Part shown: one piece after another, positions 21,543 to 31,800 of the stretch
How positions within the stretch are numbered: position 1 is the first letter of the stretch
How the letters are laid out: the number at the start of each line of letters is the position of its first letter
Origin: Candidatus Binataceae bacterium
GTDB lineage: Bacteria; Desulfobacterota; Binatia; Binatales; Binataceae
Direction: 5' to 3'
Assembly (NCBI GenBank): GCA_035626155.1
Contig: DASPOF010000089.1
Span: 10,828-74,827, forward strand
DNA: 64,000 nt
The notes under the pieces: generated by a model
What the model was told of the DNA's origin: nothing
Databases searched by the model: none
Seen by the model: the letters and a program-made list of their open reading frames with translations, nothing else
Made by a program: the position numbers and the translations under genes

Positions 21543-22235
21543 TTACTCCCTGGGCCATACGAGAATCACATCGAGCGATTTCGGCCCGTGGACCCCGACC
21601 ACGATCCGCTTTTCGATATCCGCGGTACGGCTCGGTCCGGTGATGAGCGTGATGCGTTGCGCGGCGGCGGCCTCGGGTCCGATCGTGGCGAGGAGCGCCG
21701 CGAGGTCCGGCACGAGCCCGTCGACCTGCACGAGGACCAGGCTTGCCGGCGGCACGAGCGTCAGCGAATTGGGGCGGCCCGCGCTGGAGAGCATCGCGAC
21801 CGTGCCGGTAGCCGCGATCGCGTAATGCGCCTCGGCGACGCCGAGCGCGCATCGTGCGATTCGCTCGCGCATCACGATGCGCGCCGCGGGGTCGGCGACC
21901 GGGCCGGGCCGCACGACCGAAATCCCGGCCGAAGTAAGCGCGGCAGCGATCGCGCCGGTGTCGTTCGCGACACCCTCGCCGACGGCGATGCTCTGCGCGT
22001 TGCGCTCGCGCGCAACTTCGACGATCCGCGCGACGGCCTCATCGGGGGTGAGGATGCCGAGAAACCGGCCCGCGACCGCCTCGAGTTCGCGTGCGAACGT
22101 CGAGGCGAGTTCCGCGCGATGGGCGTGCGGCGGGATCCGGACCGGCGCGGGCTCTGCGGGCGGTTTCTTTTCGCCCGCTCCGGCGGTTTCGAGCGCGGTC
22201 TTGAGCCGCGCGACGATCTTGTGCAACTCGGCCAT
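21543..22235 (-). CDS. lutC: lactate utilization protein C (LUD domain)
   Basis: MAELHKIVARLKTALE... 230 aa LUD-domain protein. The longer track ORF 21543..22712 overlaps lutB and is rejected upstream of the MAELHK start. Confidence 0.75.
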   Translation of the reverse strand: MAELHKIVARLKTALETAGAGEKKPPAEPAPVRIPPHAHRAELASTFARELEAVAGRFLGILTPDEAVARIVEVARERNAQSIAVGEGVANDTGAIAAALTSAGISVVRPGPVADPAARIVMRERIARCALGVAEAHYAIAATGTVAMLSSAGRPNSLTLVPPASLVLVQVDGLVPDLAALLATIGPEAAAAQRITLITGPSRTADIEKRIVVGVHGPKSLDVILVWPRE

Positions 22236-22237
22236 CG

Positions 22238-23656
22238 TCAGGCGCCCGGCGCTCCTTTTGCGCGTCGCTTTCGCGGATGCGGCCTGGGGAAGTCGCGGAT
22301 CCTCGTCCAGTTGCCGAGCGGCGGCGGCATCCTGCGCAGCCATCCGTCGCGCGAGAATGGCCCAAGCGCGATCGCGGCCAGCCGCCCGAGCAGCCGAATC
22401 GTCCGGGGATGGCGCGCCATCCGCGCAAACCGCCGCGCGCCTGCGCGCGCCCGCGCCGCTGCGCCCGGCCATTTGATCGCATCGGCGCCGCGCGCGCTCT
22501 CCTTCCATCGCAGATGAAGCAGGAGGCGCGGGATGTCGATCTTGACCGGGCAGATCTCCTTGCACGCTCCGCACAGCGTCGAGGCGAACGGCAGTTGCGC
22601 GGTCGCGCTGCCGATCAGGTCCGGGCTCACGATCGATCCGATCGGCCCCGGATACGGCGACCGGTACGCGTGGCCCCCGATATGACGATAGACCGGGCAT
22701 ACGTTGAGGCACGCGCCGCAGCGTATGCAGTAGAGCGCCTCGCGCATCACCGGGTCCGCGAGCATCGTGCTGCGCCCGTTGTCGAGGATGACGACGTGCA
22801 TCTCGCGCGGCCCGTCCAGGTCGCCCTCGTGGCGCGGTCCGTTGATCAGGTTGGTGTAGGTCGTGAGTTTCTGGCCGGTTGCGGTGCGCGCGAGAATTTC
22901 CAGGAAGTGGGGCAGGTCGGCCAGGCGCGGGATCACTTTTTCGATCCCCATCACCGCGATGAACACCTCGGGCATCGTCGAGGACATCCGGCCGTTGCCC
23001 TCGTTCTCGACCACGACCAGGGTGCCGGTTTCCGCAATCGCGAAATTTACCCCGGTCACGCCGAGGTCGGCGGCAAGAAAAATGTCGCGCAGCCGCGCGC
23101 GCGCCTCGCTGGTGAGTTTTTCGGGCTCGTCCGTGTACGCCATCCCGAGCTTGTCGCGGAACAGGGCGCCGATGTCCTCCTTGGAGAGATGAATCGCGGG
23201 CGTGATGATGTGCGAGGGCGGCTCGTTTCGGAGCTGGACGATGTATTCGCCCAGGTCGGTCTCGACCGCCTCGATGCCCGCCGCGGACAGCGCCGGGTTA
23301 AGCCCGATCTCCTCGGTGGTCATCGACTTGCCCTTGACCACCCGCCGCGCGCCCGCCCGCTTTGCGGCGGAGACGATGTAGTCGCGCGCCTCCGCCGCGC
23401 TCGCGGCGAAAAATACCTTGCATCCGCGGGCTTCAAGCTTTCTGGTGAGCTCGACCACGAGGTCATCGAGGCGGCCGATCGCGTCCTCTTTGATTCGCCT
23501 CGCCTGCGCGCGCTCATCCTCGTACGGCGGAAACTCGGCGCGGACTTCGGCGAAGTGCTCCAGGTGTCGCGCGCTTGCGTTTTCGAGCTTGCGATGGAGT
23601 TCGCGATCCGCGGCGGCGGCGCTGCTCGCCTCAAAGAAATCTCGCGGCGCGGCCAT
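22238..23656 (-). CDS. lutB: lactate utilization protein B (4Fe-4S, LUD domain)
   Basis: CIRCGACLNVCPVY ... CGACKEICPVKIDIP ferredoxin motifs plus a LUD domain. 472 aa. Confidence 0.85.
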   Translation of the reverse strand: MAAPRDFFEASSAAAADRELHRKLENASARHLEHFAEVRAEFPPYEDERAQARRIKEDAIGRLDDLVVELTRKLEARGCKVFFAASAAEARDYIVSAAKRAGARRVVKGKSMTTEEIGLNPALSAAGIEAVETDLGEYIVQLRNEPPSHIITPAIHLSKEDIGALFRDKLGMAYTDEPEKLTSEARARLRDIFLAADLGVTGVNFAIAETGTLVVVENEGNGRMSSTMPEVFIAVMGIEKVIPRLADLPHFLEILARTATGQKLTTYTNLINGPRHEGDLDGPREMHVVILDNGRSTMLADPVMREALYCIRCGACLNVCPVYRHIGGHAYRSPYPGPIGSIVSPDLIGSATAQLPFASTLCGACKEICPVKIDIPRLLLHLRWKESARGADAIKWPGAAARARAGARRFARMARHPRTIRLLGRLAAIALGPFSRDGWLRRMPPPLGNWTRIRDFPRPHPRKRRAKGAPGA

Positions 23657-23679
23657 CGGGTCCGGCGCTTGCGCGCGGC

Positions 23680-24507
23680 TCAGTTGATGAGCGCCACCTG
23701 GCGCGCCAGCCGCATCACCGCCTCGCGCGCCGCGGCGGAGGCGGGATGCTCGGGAGCCAGGGAAAGGAAGCTTTGGAAGTCATCGAGCGCGGCCTTGAAG
23801 CACTCCAGCCGCTCGAACAGCGCGCCGCGTTCGACCAGCTCCTCGATTGCGCGCGGATCGAGCAGGAGGATCCGATCGAGCGCGGCGAGCGCGCGGTGCC
23901 AGTCCGCAAGATCCGTGTAAACGCTCTTGAGATTCTTGAGCACGCGTACGAGGATCTGCCGCCCGCGCACCGCCTGGAGCATCGCGGGATGCAGCTCGAC
24001 GGGCTGCCCGTACACCTGCGCGAGCAGCGCGCGGATTTCCTCCAGGTTCAGGATCGCGCCGCCGTTGAACGGGTCGATAATCAGCTCGCCGCGATCATCG
24101 ACCGCCTTGACCAGGAAGTGGCCCGGAAAGCCGACGCCGTAGAGGTTGAAGCCGAGACGCCGGCCGACTTCCAGGTAAATGATCGAGAGCGTGATCGGGA
24201 TGCCGAGGCGGCGATTGAGGACCTCGTTCAGAAACGAGTTGCGCGGGTCGTTCTTGTGGTCCGCATCGCCCTCGAAGCCCTTCTGCTCGAACAGATAATG
24301 CGACAGGAGCTGGATGCGCTCGACGGTGTCGCTGCCCGCGCGGACAATGGGTTCGGCCTCGCGCGCCATCGCGGCAATCCGCTCCATGTAAGCATCGACG
24401 TCGAGGTCGGGATATTCCTCCCTGGCAATCAGCAGCGCACCGAGCGCCACCGGAACCGGCTCGCGCGAGGCAAGCCACTTGAATTCGCGCCGCGCGTCAT
24501 CGTTCAT
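23680..24507 (-). CDS. transglutaminase-like/TPR protein (SirB1/YchA family)
   Basis: NSFLNEVLNRRLGIPITLSIIYLEVGRRLGFNLYGVGFPGHFLVK. Start placed at MNDDARREF. Confidence 0.55.
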   Translation of the reverse strand: MNDDARREFKWLASREPVPVALGALLIAREEYPDLDVDAYMERIAAMAREAEPIVRAGSDTVERIQLLSHYLFEQKGFEGDADHKNDPRNSFLNEVLNRRLGIPITLSIIYLEVGRRLGFNLYGVGFPGHFLVKAVDDRGELIIDPFNGGAILNLEEIRALLAQVYGQPVELHPAMLQAVRGRQILVRVLKNLKSVYTDLADWHRALAALDRILLLDPRAIEELVERGALFERLECFKAALDDFQSFLSLAPEHPASAAAREAVMRLARQVALIN

Positions 24508-24563
24508 CAAGATTATTCCCCGCGCTTTCCAGTCTTGTCTTGCGCAACGGATTTGACAAGCGC

Positions 24564-25679
24564 TCATGGAGACCCGGTAGTGAGCGCCGCATCGATTTCC
24601 GCCGCTGTCGCGCCGTCCGGCTCTCGCGCGCGTGCGCGGTCGAGTGCGCGGCGCGATGGCGCCCCGCCGATACGCCCGAGCGCCCACGCCGCGTGAGCGC
24701 GCACCAGCGGCTCGGGATCGTTTTCGAGCGCGCGCGCCAGATGCGGTCCCGCCTCGGGATTGCCGGTATTGCCGAGCACGACGGCCACGTTGCGCGCAAG
24801 TCCGCGCCGCTTCGTGCGCTTGATCGCGCTTGCGGAGAATCGCCGGCTGAAACCCGCATCGTCGAGCGCGAGCAGCTCGGGAAGATACGGAAACAGGTCC
24901 GCCGTCGCGCCATTACCCTCCGCGCCGTTCCACGGGCAGACTTCCTGGCAGACGTCGCAGCCGAAGATCCACATCTCGAGCTTCGCGCGAAGCTCCACCG
25001 GAATCGATCCGCGATGCTCGATCGTGAGGTACGAGATGCAGAGCCGCGAATCGATCGCGCAGCCCGGCCCAAGCGCGCCGGTCGGGCACAGATCGAGGCA
25101 TCGCCGGCACGTTCCGCAGTGCTCGCGATACGGTTGCGCGCTCGGCTCCAATTCGGCGTCGGTCAGAATCTCCGCGAGGAAAAAATACGAGCCGTGCTCG
25201 CGATTGAGAATCATCGTGTTCTTCCCGAACCATCCCAGACGCGCCCCGGCCGCCCATTCACGCTCGAAGACCGGCCCGGTGTCGACGTAAACCCGGGTCA
25301 CCGCGCGGGGCTTAAGCGCCGCGATCGCGCCGGCGACGGCGCGCGCCTTCGCGAGAACGTAATCGTGATAGTCGGTCCCGAGCGCATAGGCGGCGATTCG
25401 TCCGCGCAACTCCGCGCGCCAATCCCCGGACGGCGCGGCCGGCGCCGGGTATGGATAGCCGAGGCTCACCACGGACTCGATTCGGGGATCGAGCCGGCGC
25501 GGGTCCAATCGGCGCTCGGGCTCGCGCGCGAGGTAGGCCATCGTGCCGTGGCGCCCCTCGCCAAGCCATTGGCGATAGAACGCCTCGCGATCCTCGAGCC
25601 GGCGAATGCGGGCAAATCCGACCAGGGAAAACCCGTTCGCGCGAGCGGCATCTGCGATGGCGCGATTGACGCGGTCCAC
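24564..25679 (-). CDS. queG: epoxyqueuosine reductase
   Basis: DUF1730 region, two 4Fe-4S motifs (CGTCRRCLDLCPTGAL ... CDVCQEVCPWN) and C-terminal HEAT-like repeats. Confidence 0.85.
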   Translation of the reverse strand: MDRVNRAIADAARANGFSLVGFARIRRLEDREAFYRQWLGEGRHGTMAYLAREPERRLDPRRLDPRIESVVSLGYPYPAPAAPSGDWRAELRGRIAAYALGTDYHDYVLAKARAVAGAIAALKPRAVTRVYVDTGPVFEREWAAGARLGWFGKNTMILNREHGSYFFLAEILTDAELEPSAQPYREHCGTCRRCLDLCPTGALGPGCAIDSRLCISYLTIEHRGSIPVELRAKLEMWIFGCDVCQEVCPWNGAEGNGATADLFPYLPELLALDDAGFSRRFSASAIKRTKRRGLARNVAVVLGNTGNPEAGPHLARALENDPEPLVRAHAAWALGRIGGAPSRRALDRARAREPDGATAAEIDAALTTGSP

Positions 25680-25724
25680 GGGACTTGCAAAACGCTAGCA
25701 CTTTCGCGATGTTCTTGCTCCAGG

Positions 25725-25751
25725 AATAGTGGGTACGTTGACTCCACTATT
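25725..25751. promoter_or_regulatory. inverted repeat AATAGTGG-n11-CCACTATT upstream of erpA (candidate Rrf2/IscR-type operator overlapping TTGACT)
   Basis: Seen directly, 60-90 nt upstream of the erpA start. Confidence 0.35.
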
Positions 25752-25814
25752 TGGTATGATTAGGTTTGCACTGAGACGCTGGGCGCCTTTCTCAAGCATC
25801 TGTTACGGGAGAAA

Positions 25815-26210
25815 ATGATGGCCGAGGAACTGAATCAGGAACCAGTCGAGCAGGAACCTTCCAAGATCGATCTCGCAAGCCTGCCCGACGTGAAGCTTAC
25901 CGCCAAGGCGGCCGAGATGGTCCACAAGCTGCGCGCGAAAGAGAACCTGTCGCCCGAGCACGGACTTCGAATCGGCGTCGTCGGAGGCGGCTGTTCGGGG
26001 TTCCAATATGCCCTAAGCTTTGACCTGGCCAAGGATGGCGATCGGGTGGTCGAGTTCGACGGCGTCCGCGTCTTCGTGGATGAGCTGTCACTCCCATATA
26101 TCGCAGGCACGACGCTGGACTTTGTCGAGGGGCTGCACGGAGCGGGCTTCCGCTTCGAAAATCCTCGTGCGACGCGCACTTGCGGATGCGGGTCGTCCTT
26201 CAGCGCGTAA
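25815..26210 (+). CDS. erpA: iron-sulfur cluster insertion protein (HesB/IscA family)
   Basis: ...GGGCSGFQYALSFD... CGCGSSF C-terminus typical of A-type carriers. Confidence 0.9.
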   Translation: MMAEELNQEPVEQEPSKIDLASLPDVKLTAKAAEMVHKLRAKENLSPEHGLRIGVVGGGCSGFQYALSFDLAKDGDRVVEFDGVRVFVDELSLPYIAGTTLDFVEGLHGAGFRFENPRATRTCGCGSSFSA

Positions 26211-26236
26211 CGGAAGAAATCTTATTCGATTCAATT

Positions 26237-26267
26237 GGCCGGCCGCGAAAGCGGCCGGTCTTTTTTT
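26237..26267 (+). terminator. rho-independent terminator after erpA
   Basis: GGCCGGCCGC-gaaa-GCGGCCGG followed by TCTTTTTTT. Confidence 0.85.
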
Positions 26268-26391
26268 GCCCTTGCGCGATTGAGGCGGCCTCGGCGCGAG
26301 TTCTTCCGCCCGTCGGGCTCAGCGCATCCGTGGGGTCGCGGGGCTCGACCGGATTCTTCTTTCGATTGCTCTGTGTTAGACCGACCCGGCG

Positions 26392-26943
26392 ATGCTCGCG
26401 GCCCTGATTCACTGGCTTTCGCCTGCGCGGCGGAGCTTCATGCGCCGGCTCGGCCGTCCGGCGCTTTCGAAGTTCGATGAGCGCCTGCGTGCGTGCGGAT
26501 CGCCGCGCGCCGCCGGGTTCATGTCGATCCTGCTTCGCGCCAACAGCGACTTCCTCGCCTACGCGCTCTCACGCAAGGGTCCGCTTGCCCGGTATGCCGG
26601 CGGCGCGACCCCGGAGCGCGTCGAGGTGTGCCTCGGATCGATGCTGATCTTTGCGACGAACCTGTTTGCGCGCGATGAGATGAGGAACGAGGGAAGCGGG
26701 CTGGTCGGGCTGCTTGCGGGGATCGTCGGATGGGAGCCGAAACAGGTGATGCTCCGGCGCGACAATCTGCGAAAGGCTCCCCGCTCGGAGGAATGGATGC
26801 TCTATTCGTGGCTGGTCATGGACCTTGGCGGAGAGCGGCCGGCCTACGATGCGGAGCTTGAGCGCAGCTTCGGTTACAACTACCTATCGTACATCGGGCA
26901 ATTTCGCGCCGAGCTGGAGCGCGCCGCCGCTCAGCCAAAATAG
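26392..26943 (+). CDS. hypothetical protein
   Basis: 183-aa ORF with coding-like codon bias and no recognised family. Confidence 0.45.
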   Translation: MLAALIHWLSPARRSFMRRLGRPALSKFDERLRACGSPRAAGFMSILLRANSDFLAYALSRKGPLARYAGGATPERVEVCLGSMLIFATNLFARDEMRNEGSGLVGLLAGIVGWEPKQVMLRRDNLRKAPRSEEWMLYSWLVMDLGGERPAYDAELERSFGYNYLSYIGQFRAELERAAAQPK

Positions 26944-26970
26944 CCGCGGCGAATCCAGCGGGCGATTCGA

Positions 26971-27729
26971 TTGGAGACAACCGTGAAGGACCTCGACGGC
27001 AGGGGAGTCATCGTAACCGGAGCGACCCGCGGAATCGGCCGCGCGATCGCGCTCGAAGCCGCCCGGCGCGGCGCCAACATCGCCTTCAATTACCTCAAGA
27101 GCGAGGATGAGGCCGCGGTGGTCAAGGCGGAAATCGAAAAGCTCGGCGTAAAGGCGCTCGCATTCAAGGTCGATGTCGGCGATCTGAAAAACGTGCGCGA
27201 GATGGTCAACGCGGCGAAAAAAGAGTTCGGCTCCATCGACGGCCTGGTGAACAACGCCGGTCTCACCCGCGACAAGGTCTTCGTGATGATGACCGAGGAG
27301 GACTGGAACGACGTCATCCGCACCAACCTGACCGGCGCCTTCAATTTCGCCCGCGCGGCCGTGTTCAACATGATGAAGGCCAAGCGCGGCTCGATCCTGA
27401 ACATCACGTCGGTGAGCGGGCTTATCGGGCTTCCGGGGCAGGTGAATTACTCGGCCTCGAAGGCAGGCCTCATCGGGCTAACCAAGGCGCTCGCCAAGGA
27501 GGTCGCCCGGCTCAACGTGCGCGTCAATGCGCTCGCGCTCGGATTCATCGAGACCGACATGACCGCTGCGCTGCGCGAGGAGAATCGCGCGCAGGCGCTC
27601 GGGATGATCCCACTCGGACGATTCGGAAAGGTCGATGACGTCGCGCCGATTGCAGCGTTCCTGCTTTCGGACGCGGCGTCATACATCACCGGCGCGGTCA
27701 TCCAGGTGGACGGCGGCCTGGCGATGTAG
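26971..27729 (+). CDS. fabG: 3-oxoacyl-ACP reductase-like short-chain dehydrogenase
   Basis: TGATRGIGRAIA ... NNAG ... S-x12-YSASK SDR catalytic tetrad. Confidence 0.8.
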   Translation: METTVKDLDGRGVIVTGATRGIGRAIALEAARRGANIAFNYLKSEDEAAVVKAEIEKLGVKALAFKVDVGDLKNVREMVNAAKKEFGSIDGLVNNAGLTRDKVFVMMTEEDWNDVIRTNLTGAFNFARAAVFNMMKAKRGSILNITSVSGLIGLPGQVNYSASKAGLIGLTKALAKEVARLNVRVNALALGFIETDMTAALREENRAQALGMIPLGRFGKVDDVAPIAAFLLSDAASYITGAVIQVDGGLAM

Positions 27730-27963
27730 GAATCATCCGGGGCTCCCCGGCGAACGCAACCGGATGGTCCGCAGCGACGCCCCGCAGCGCGCCGCAAGTG
27801 CGAGGCCGCCGGAGGCGTGACAGGCGCGCCGCCGATGACGTAATCTGGCGTGCCCCCGCGGCTGTAGATGCGAGGCGGTCGATCGAACTATAAGGGGAGC
27901 CTGGGGCGAGCAGGACAGTGCTCGCGTGGGGCCGCGAAGATCAGCTCGAGAGGAGACTCGGAA

Positions 27964-28851
27964 ATGGCAAAGCTCAATGGCAAGGTCGCGATCGTCACCG
28001 GCGCGAGCCGCGGAATCGGCAAGGCCATCGCGGAATTGTTCGCGAAAGAGGGAGCGCGAGTGATCTGCACCGCGCGCACGGTCAAGGAAGGAGACCATCC
28101 CCTGGAGGGCTCGCTTCAGACAACCGTCGCCGGGATCAAAGCCGCGGGCGGCGATGCGACCCCGATCGCGTGCGACGTATCGAACGAGGCGGAGCTCGAA
28201 AAGCTCGTCGCTGACACCAAGAAAATCTATGGTCCCTGCGACGTGCTGGTGAACAATGCCGCGCTCACCTACTTCATCCCGGTCAAGGATTTTCCGCCCC
28301 GGCGATGGGCGAGGTCGTTCGCGGTCAACGTCCACGCGCCGTTCATCTTGAGCCATCTCGTGCTGCCCGACATGATCGAGCGCAAAGCGGGCGCGATCGT
28401 TAATATCTCGTCGGGAGCGGCGATCGGTCCCGGCCGCGGGCCATACAAGCCGGCGGTGATGCGCGGAGGGACCTGCTACGGCGCCGAGAAGGCCGCGCTC
28501 GAACGCTTCACCCAGGGACTCGCCGAAGAGGTCTATGAGTACGGAATCTCCGTGACGTGTCTGTCGCCGTCCGAGGTCGTCGTAACGCCCGGCACCGTGT
28601 ATCACCACCTGGTCAGCTCGCCGAAGGAAGGCGAGCCGGTCGATTACATGGCGATCGCGACGCTGGTGCTTGCAACCGAGCCGCTCGACAAAGTGACCGG
28701 CTGGGTGACCTACAGCCAGGAGCTGATGAAGCAGTACAAGATGCTCGACAAGGCGACGGGAATCGGAGTGGACTTCCCCGGCAGCGGATACTCAAGGATG
28801 GCGGCGAACGTGACGATTCCGCTGCGCCGGGCGAGGTCTCAGTCGGAGTAA
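27964..28851 (+). CDS. short-chain dehydrogenase/reductase with a long C-terminal extension
   Basis: MAKLNGKVAIVTGASRGIGKAIA ... NNAA ... YGAEKAA; about 295 aa. Confidence 0.75.
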   Translation: MAKLNGKVAIVTGASRGIGKAIAELFAKEGARVICTARTVKEGDHPLEGSLQTTVAGIKAAGGDATPIACDVSNEAELEKLVADTKKIYGPCDVLVNNAALTYFIPVKDFPPRRWARSFAVNVHAPFILSHLVLPDMIERKAGAIVNISSGAAIGPGRGPYKPAVMRGGTCYGAEKAALERFTQGLAEEVYEYGISVTCLSPSEVVVTPGTVYHHLVSSPKEGEPVDYMAIATLVLATEPLDKVTGWVTYSQELMKQYKMLDKATGIGVDFPGSGYSRMAANVTIPLRRARSQSE

Positions 28852-28878
28852 ATCGGACCGCCGGGATGCGCCGCTCGC

Positions 28879-31800
28879 TCAGGCAGCCTGCGGGATTTTG
28901 AGCGAGATGACGCGCGAGATGCCGGGGCGATCCATCGTGATGCCGTGGATATGATCGGCGCGCTGCATCGTGCGCTGATTGTGCGTGATCACGATGAATT
29001 GCGAGCGCTGCTTCAACTCCGATACGAGCGAGGTGAACGCGGCCAGGCTGAACTCGTCGAGCGGCGCATCGACCTCGTCCATCACGCAGAACGGACTCGG
29101 GTTCAGCAGAAACAGCGAGAACACCAGCGCCAGCGCTGACAGCGCCTTCTCACCGCCCGAGAGCAGCCCGATCTCCTTGACCTTCTTTCCCGCCGGCTGA
29201 ACCAGGATGTTCACGCCGGCTTCGAGGATGTCGCCGGATTCGACCAGCTCAAGGCGCGCCTTGCCGCCGCGCAGGAGCTTGGGGAACAGCTCGGCGAAGT
29301 TACGCTGAGCGCCCTCGAACGTCTCGGCGAAGCGCTTGCGCGCCTCGCGGTTCAGCTTCGTGATGGTCTGGCTGAGATCGTGGACCGCGGTTTCGAGGTC
29401 GGCCTTCTCACGGCCCAGCGTGGCGGCGCGCTCCTCGAGTTCCTGGACCTCGCTCTGGGCGGCGAGATTGACCTCGCCGATCCGCTCGGCGCGCGCGCGC
29501 AGCTCGACGAGCCGCTGCTCGTCGGCGGCCGGGTCGCGGCCCGCAAGCGCCGCCACCAGCTCCGCCGCGACCTCATCGAAGGCGGCGCTGAATTTCTCGG
29601 CAAAACCGCGCGCGAGTTCCTCGCTTAGCGTGCGAGCGCGCTCGCGCCTGAGCCCGCACTCGGTCGCGTCAGCTTCGATTTGGGAAAGGGCATCGCTCGA
29701 GCGCTTATGCTCCGCGCGGCGCGATTCGAGTTCCTCCTCGCGGGCGACAGATTCCGCGCGAAGGCGCGCGGCGGATGCGGCCAGCTCGGATTCCCGCGCG
29801 CGCGCGATCTCATCCTGCTCCGCGATCTTTTTCAGCTCGGAATCGAATTCCGCGCGCTCGCCTCGCGCGCGCTCCAGGCTGCGGCGGTTCTCGCCGATTT
29901 GGCCTTCGAGATGGTTGGCGGTTTCGACTGCATGGCGGAAATCGCGATCGAGCGCCTCCAGGTGCGACTTGCGCGCCTCGACGCGCGATGCGGCCTCCAT
30001 CACGGCGGCGGCAAGCTCCTCGGCGGCCGCGCGCCTTTGCGCGAACTCATCGCGCAGCGCGGCCAGCCGCGCGCGCGCATCCTGCTCGGCTACCGCGAGC
30101 TGCTCCAGGCGCGTGTTGGACGCAACCACCAGCTCGGCGATTTCGTCCATGCGCCGGCGCGCGCCGCTTGCCTGCGCCTGCGCGAGCGCCTGTGTCTGGC
30201 GGGCGCGCGCGAGCGCATCCCTGCGCTCGCCCACGATCCGTTCGGCCTCGCGGGCGCGATGGCGCGCATCGCCGAGCGCGGACTCCGCGCGCTCGCGCGC
30301 GTCGCGCATCGCATCGAATCGCTCGGCGGCCGCACGATGCTGTTCCTGGGCGCGCGCGAGTTCCCGCGCCGCCGCATCCGGCGCCGCATCCTGCCGCTGG
30401 CCCGACGCCGTATCCTCCTCGCCGCTCCCGCCCCGAATCATTCGCCCCGGCAGCAGAAGGTCCCCATCGCGGGTGACGAAGAGCGTGCCGTGGCCGTTGA
30501 GGTTCGATGCGGCAAGGGCGGAATCGAGGTCATCGGCCAGCAACACGTGGCCGAGGAACTGTTCGGCGACCGGCTGGAAGCGCGGATCGATGTCGAGCAT
30601 CTCCACCAGCCGGCCCGCGATCCCGGGCGCCTCGACCGAGGGATGCGCCTGCACTGCGGCATCGGGCGCCTGCACGAAACTGAGTTTTCCCGAGCGGGTC
30701 TCTTTCAGAATTTCGATCGCGCGAAGCGCAAAGTAAGGCGACTCCACGATCACCGCCTCGAGCTCATCGCCCAAGACCGCGCGCAACGCGGGCGCGAGTT
30801 TCTCGGACGCCTTCACCACGTCGCGCAGCCAGGTCGGATCGGCGCTCGGACGATCGCCATTGAGTGATGCGAGCACGGTGCGCAGCCGCGCGTCGGCCTG
30901 GACGGCGGCGCTGTCGCTCAAGCCGGCGCCAGGTTCCTCCGGCGCGGGGCCGAGCGCCGCGATTCGCGCCGCGAGATGCTCCATCGCGGTGCGCGCCTCG
31001 ACTTCGTGCTCGGCGGCCTCGCGGTCGGCCGCCTCGAAGGCGCCGACTCGTTCGCGGCAGGTCTCGAGTTCCTGTTCGGATGCGCGCATCAGCTCGGCCG
31101 CCATCCCGGTTTCCGCACCGAGCGCCGGCGCGCTGCTCTCGGAGGCGGCCAGACGCTCCTCGAGTTCGGCGCGCTCCCCGGTCAGATCGCCGAGCCGGCC
31201 GCGGACCACTGCACCCTCGCGCACGATGTCGGACAGCTCGTCCTTGAGGTCCTCGGCGCGCCGCTCGGCATCGCGGACCAGCTTGCGCGCCGCTTCCAGG
31301 CGGGCGGAGAGATCCGCAAGCGCCTGCGGGCTTGCGTCATCGCCGCCCGCCGACTCGCGGGCAAGCCGCGCGCCGGTCGCCGCGCGCGCCGCACGCGCGA
31401 GCACCGCCTTCTGTTCGAGTTCCGTGATTCGCGCGGCGAGCAACGGCTCCAGCTCGCTTACCGAGCGAAGCCGCCGCTCGAGGAATTCGCGGGTGCGCGC
31501 GCGTTCGGCCGCTCCTGCATGAAGATTTTCAAGCTCGCGCTCGGCGGAGGAGAGGTCCCCGCGCGCAGAATGGGCTGCCGATGCTGCCGCTTCAACTCCG
31601 GATTGCAACTCGGCGATCGCCCGGCGGGCCGCGTCGATGGCGGCTTTGAGTTCCCCTTCGCGCGCGGTTTGCGCCGCAAGTTCCTCGCGCTGCTCGATCA
31701 GCCGGCGCGCGGCCGCGAGCCGCTCCAGCTCGGAAAGTTCCGCCTTGATTATGCGGTAGGTCTCGGCGCGCTTGGCCTGGCGGCGCGCGTAGCTCAGTTG

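Noticed and set aside
22277-23920. 547-aa plus-strand ORF antisense to lutB, and similar ORFs 23575..24696 + and 29336..30867 + antisense to the SirB1-like gene and smc
   Set aside because: Antisense to strongly supported genes with low-complexity R/A/G/P composition. This is the expected open-frame noise in roughly 68% GC DNA.
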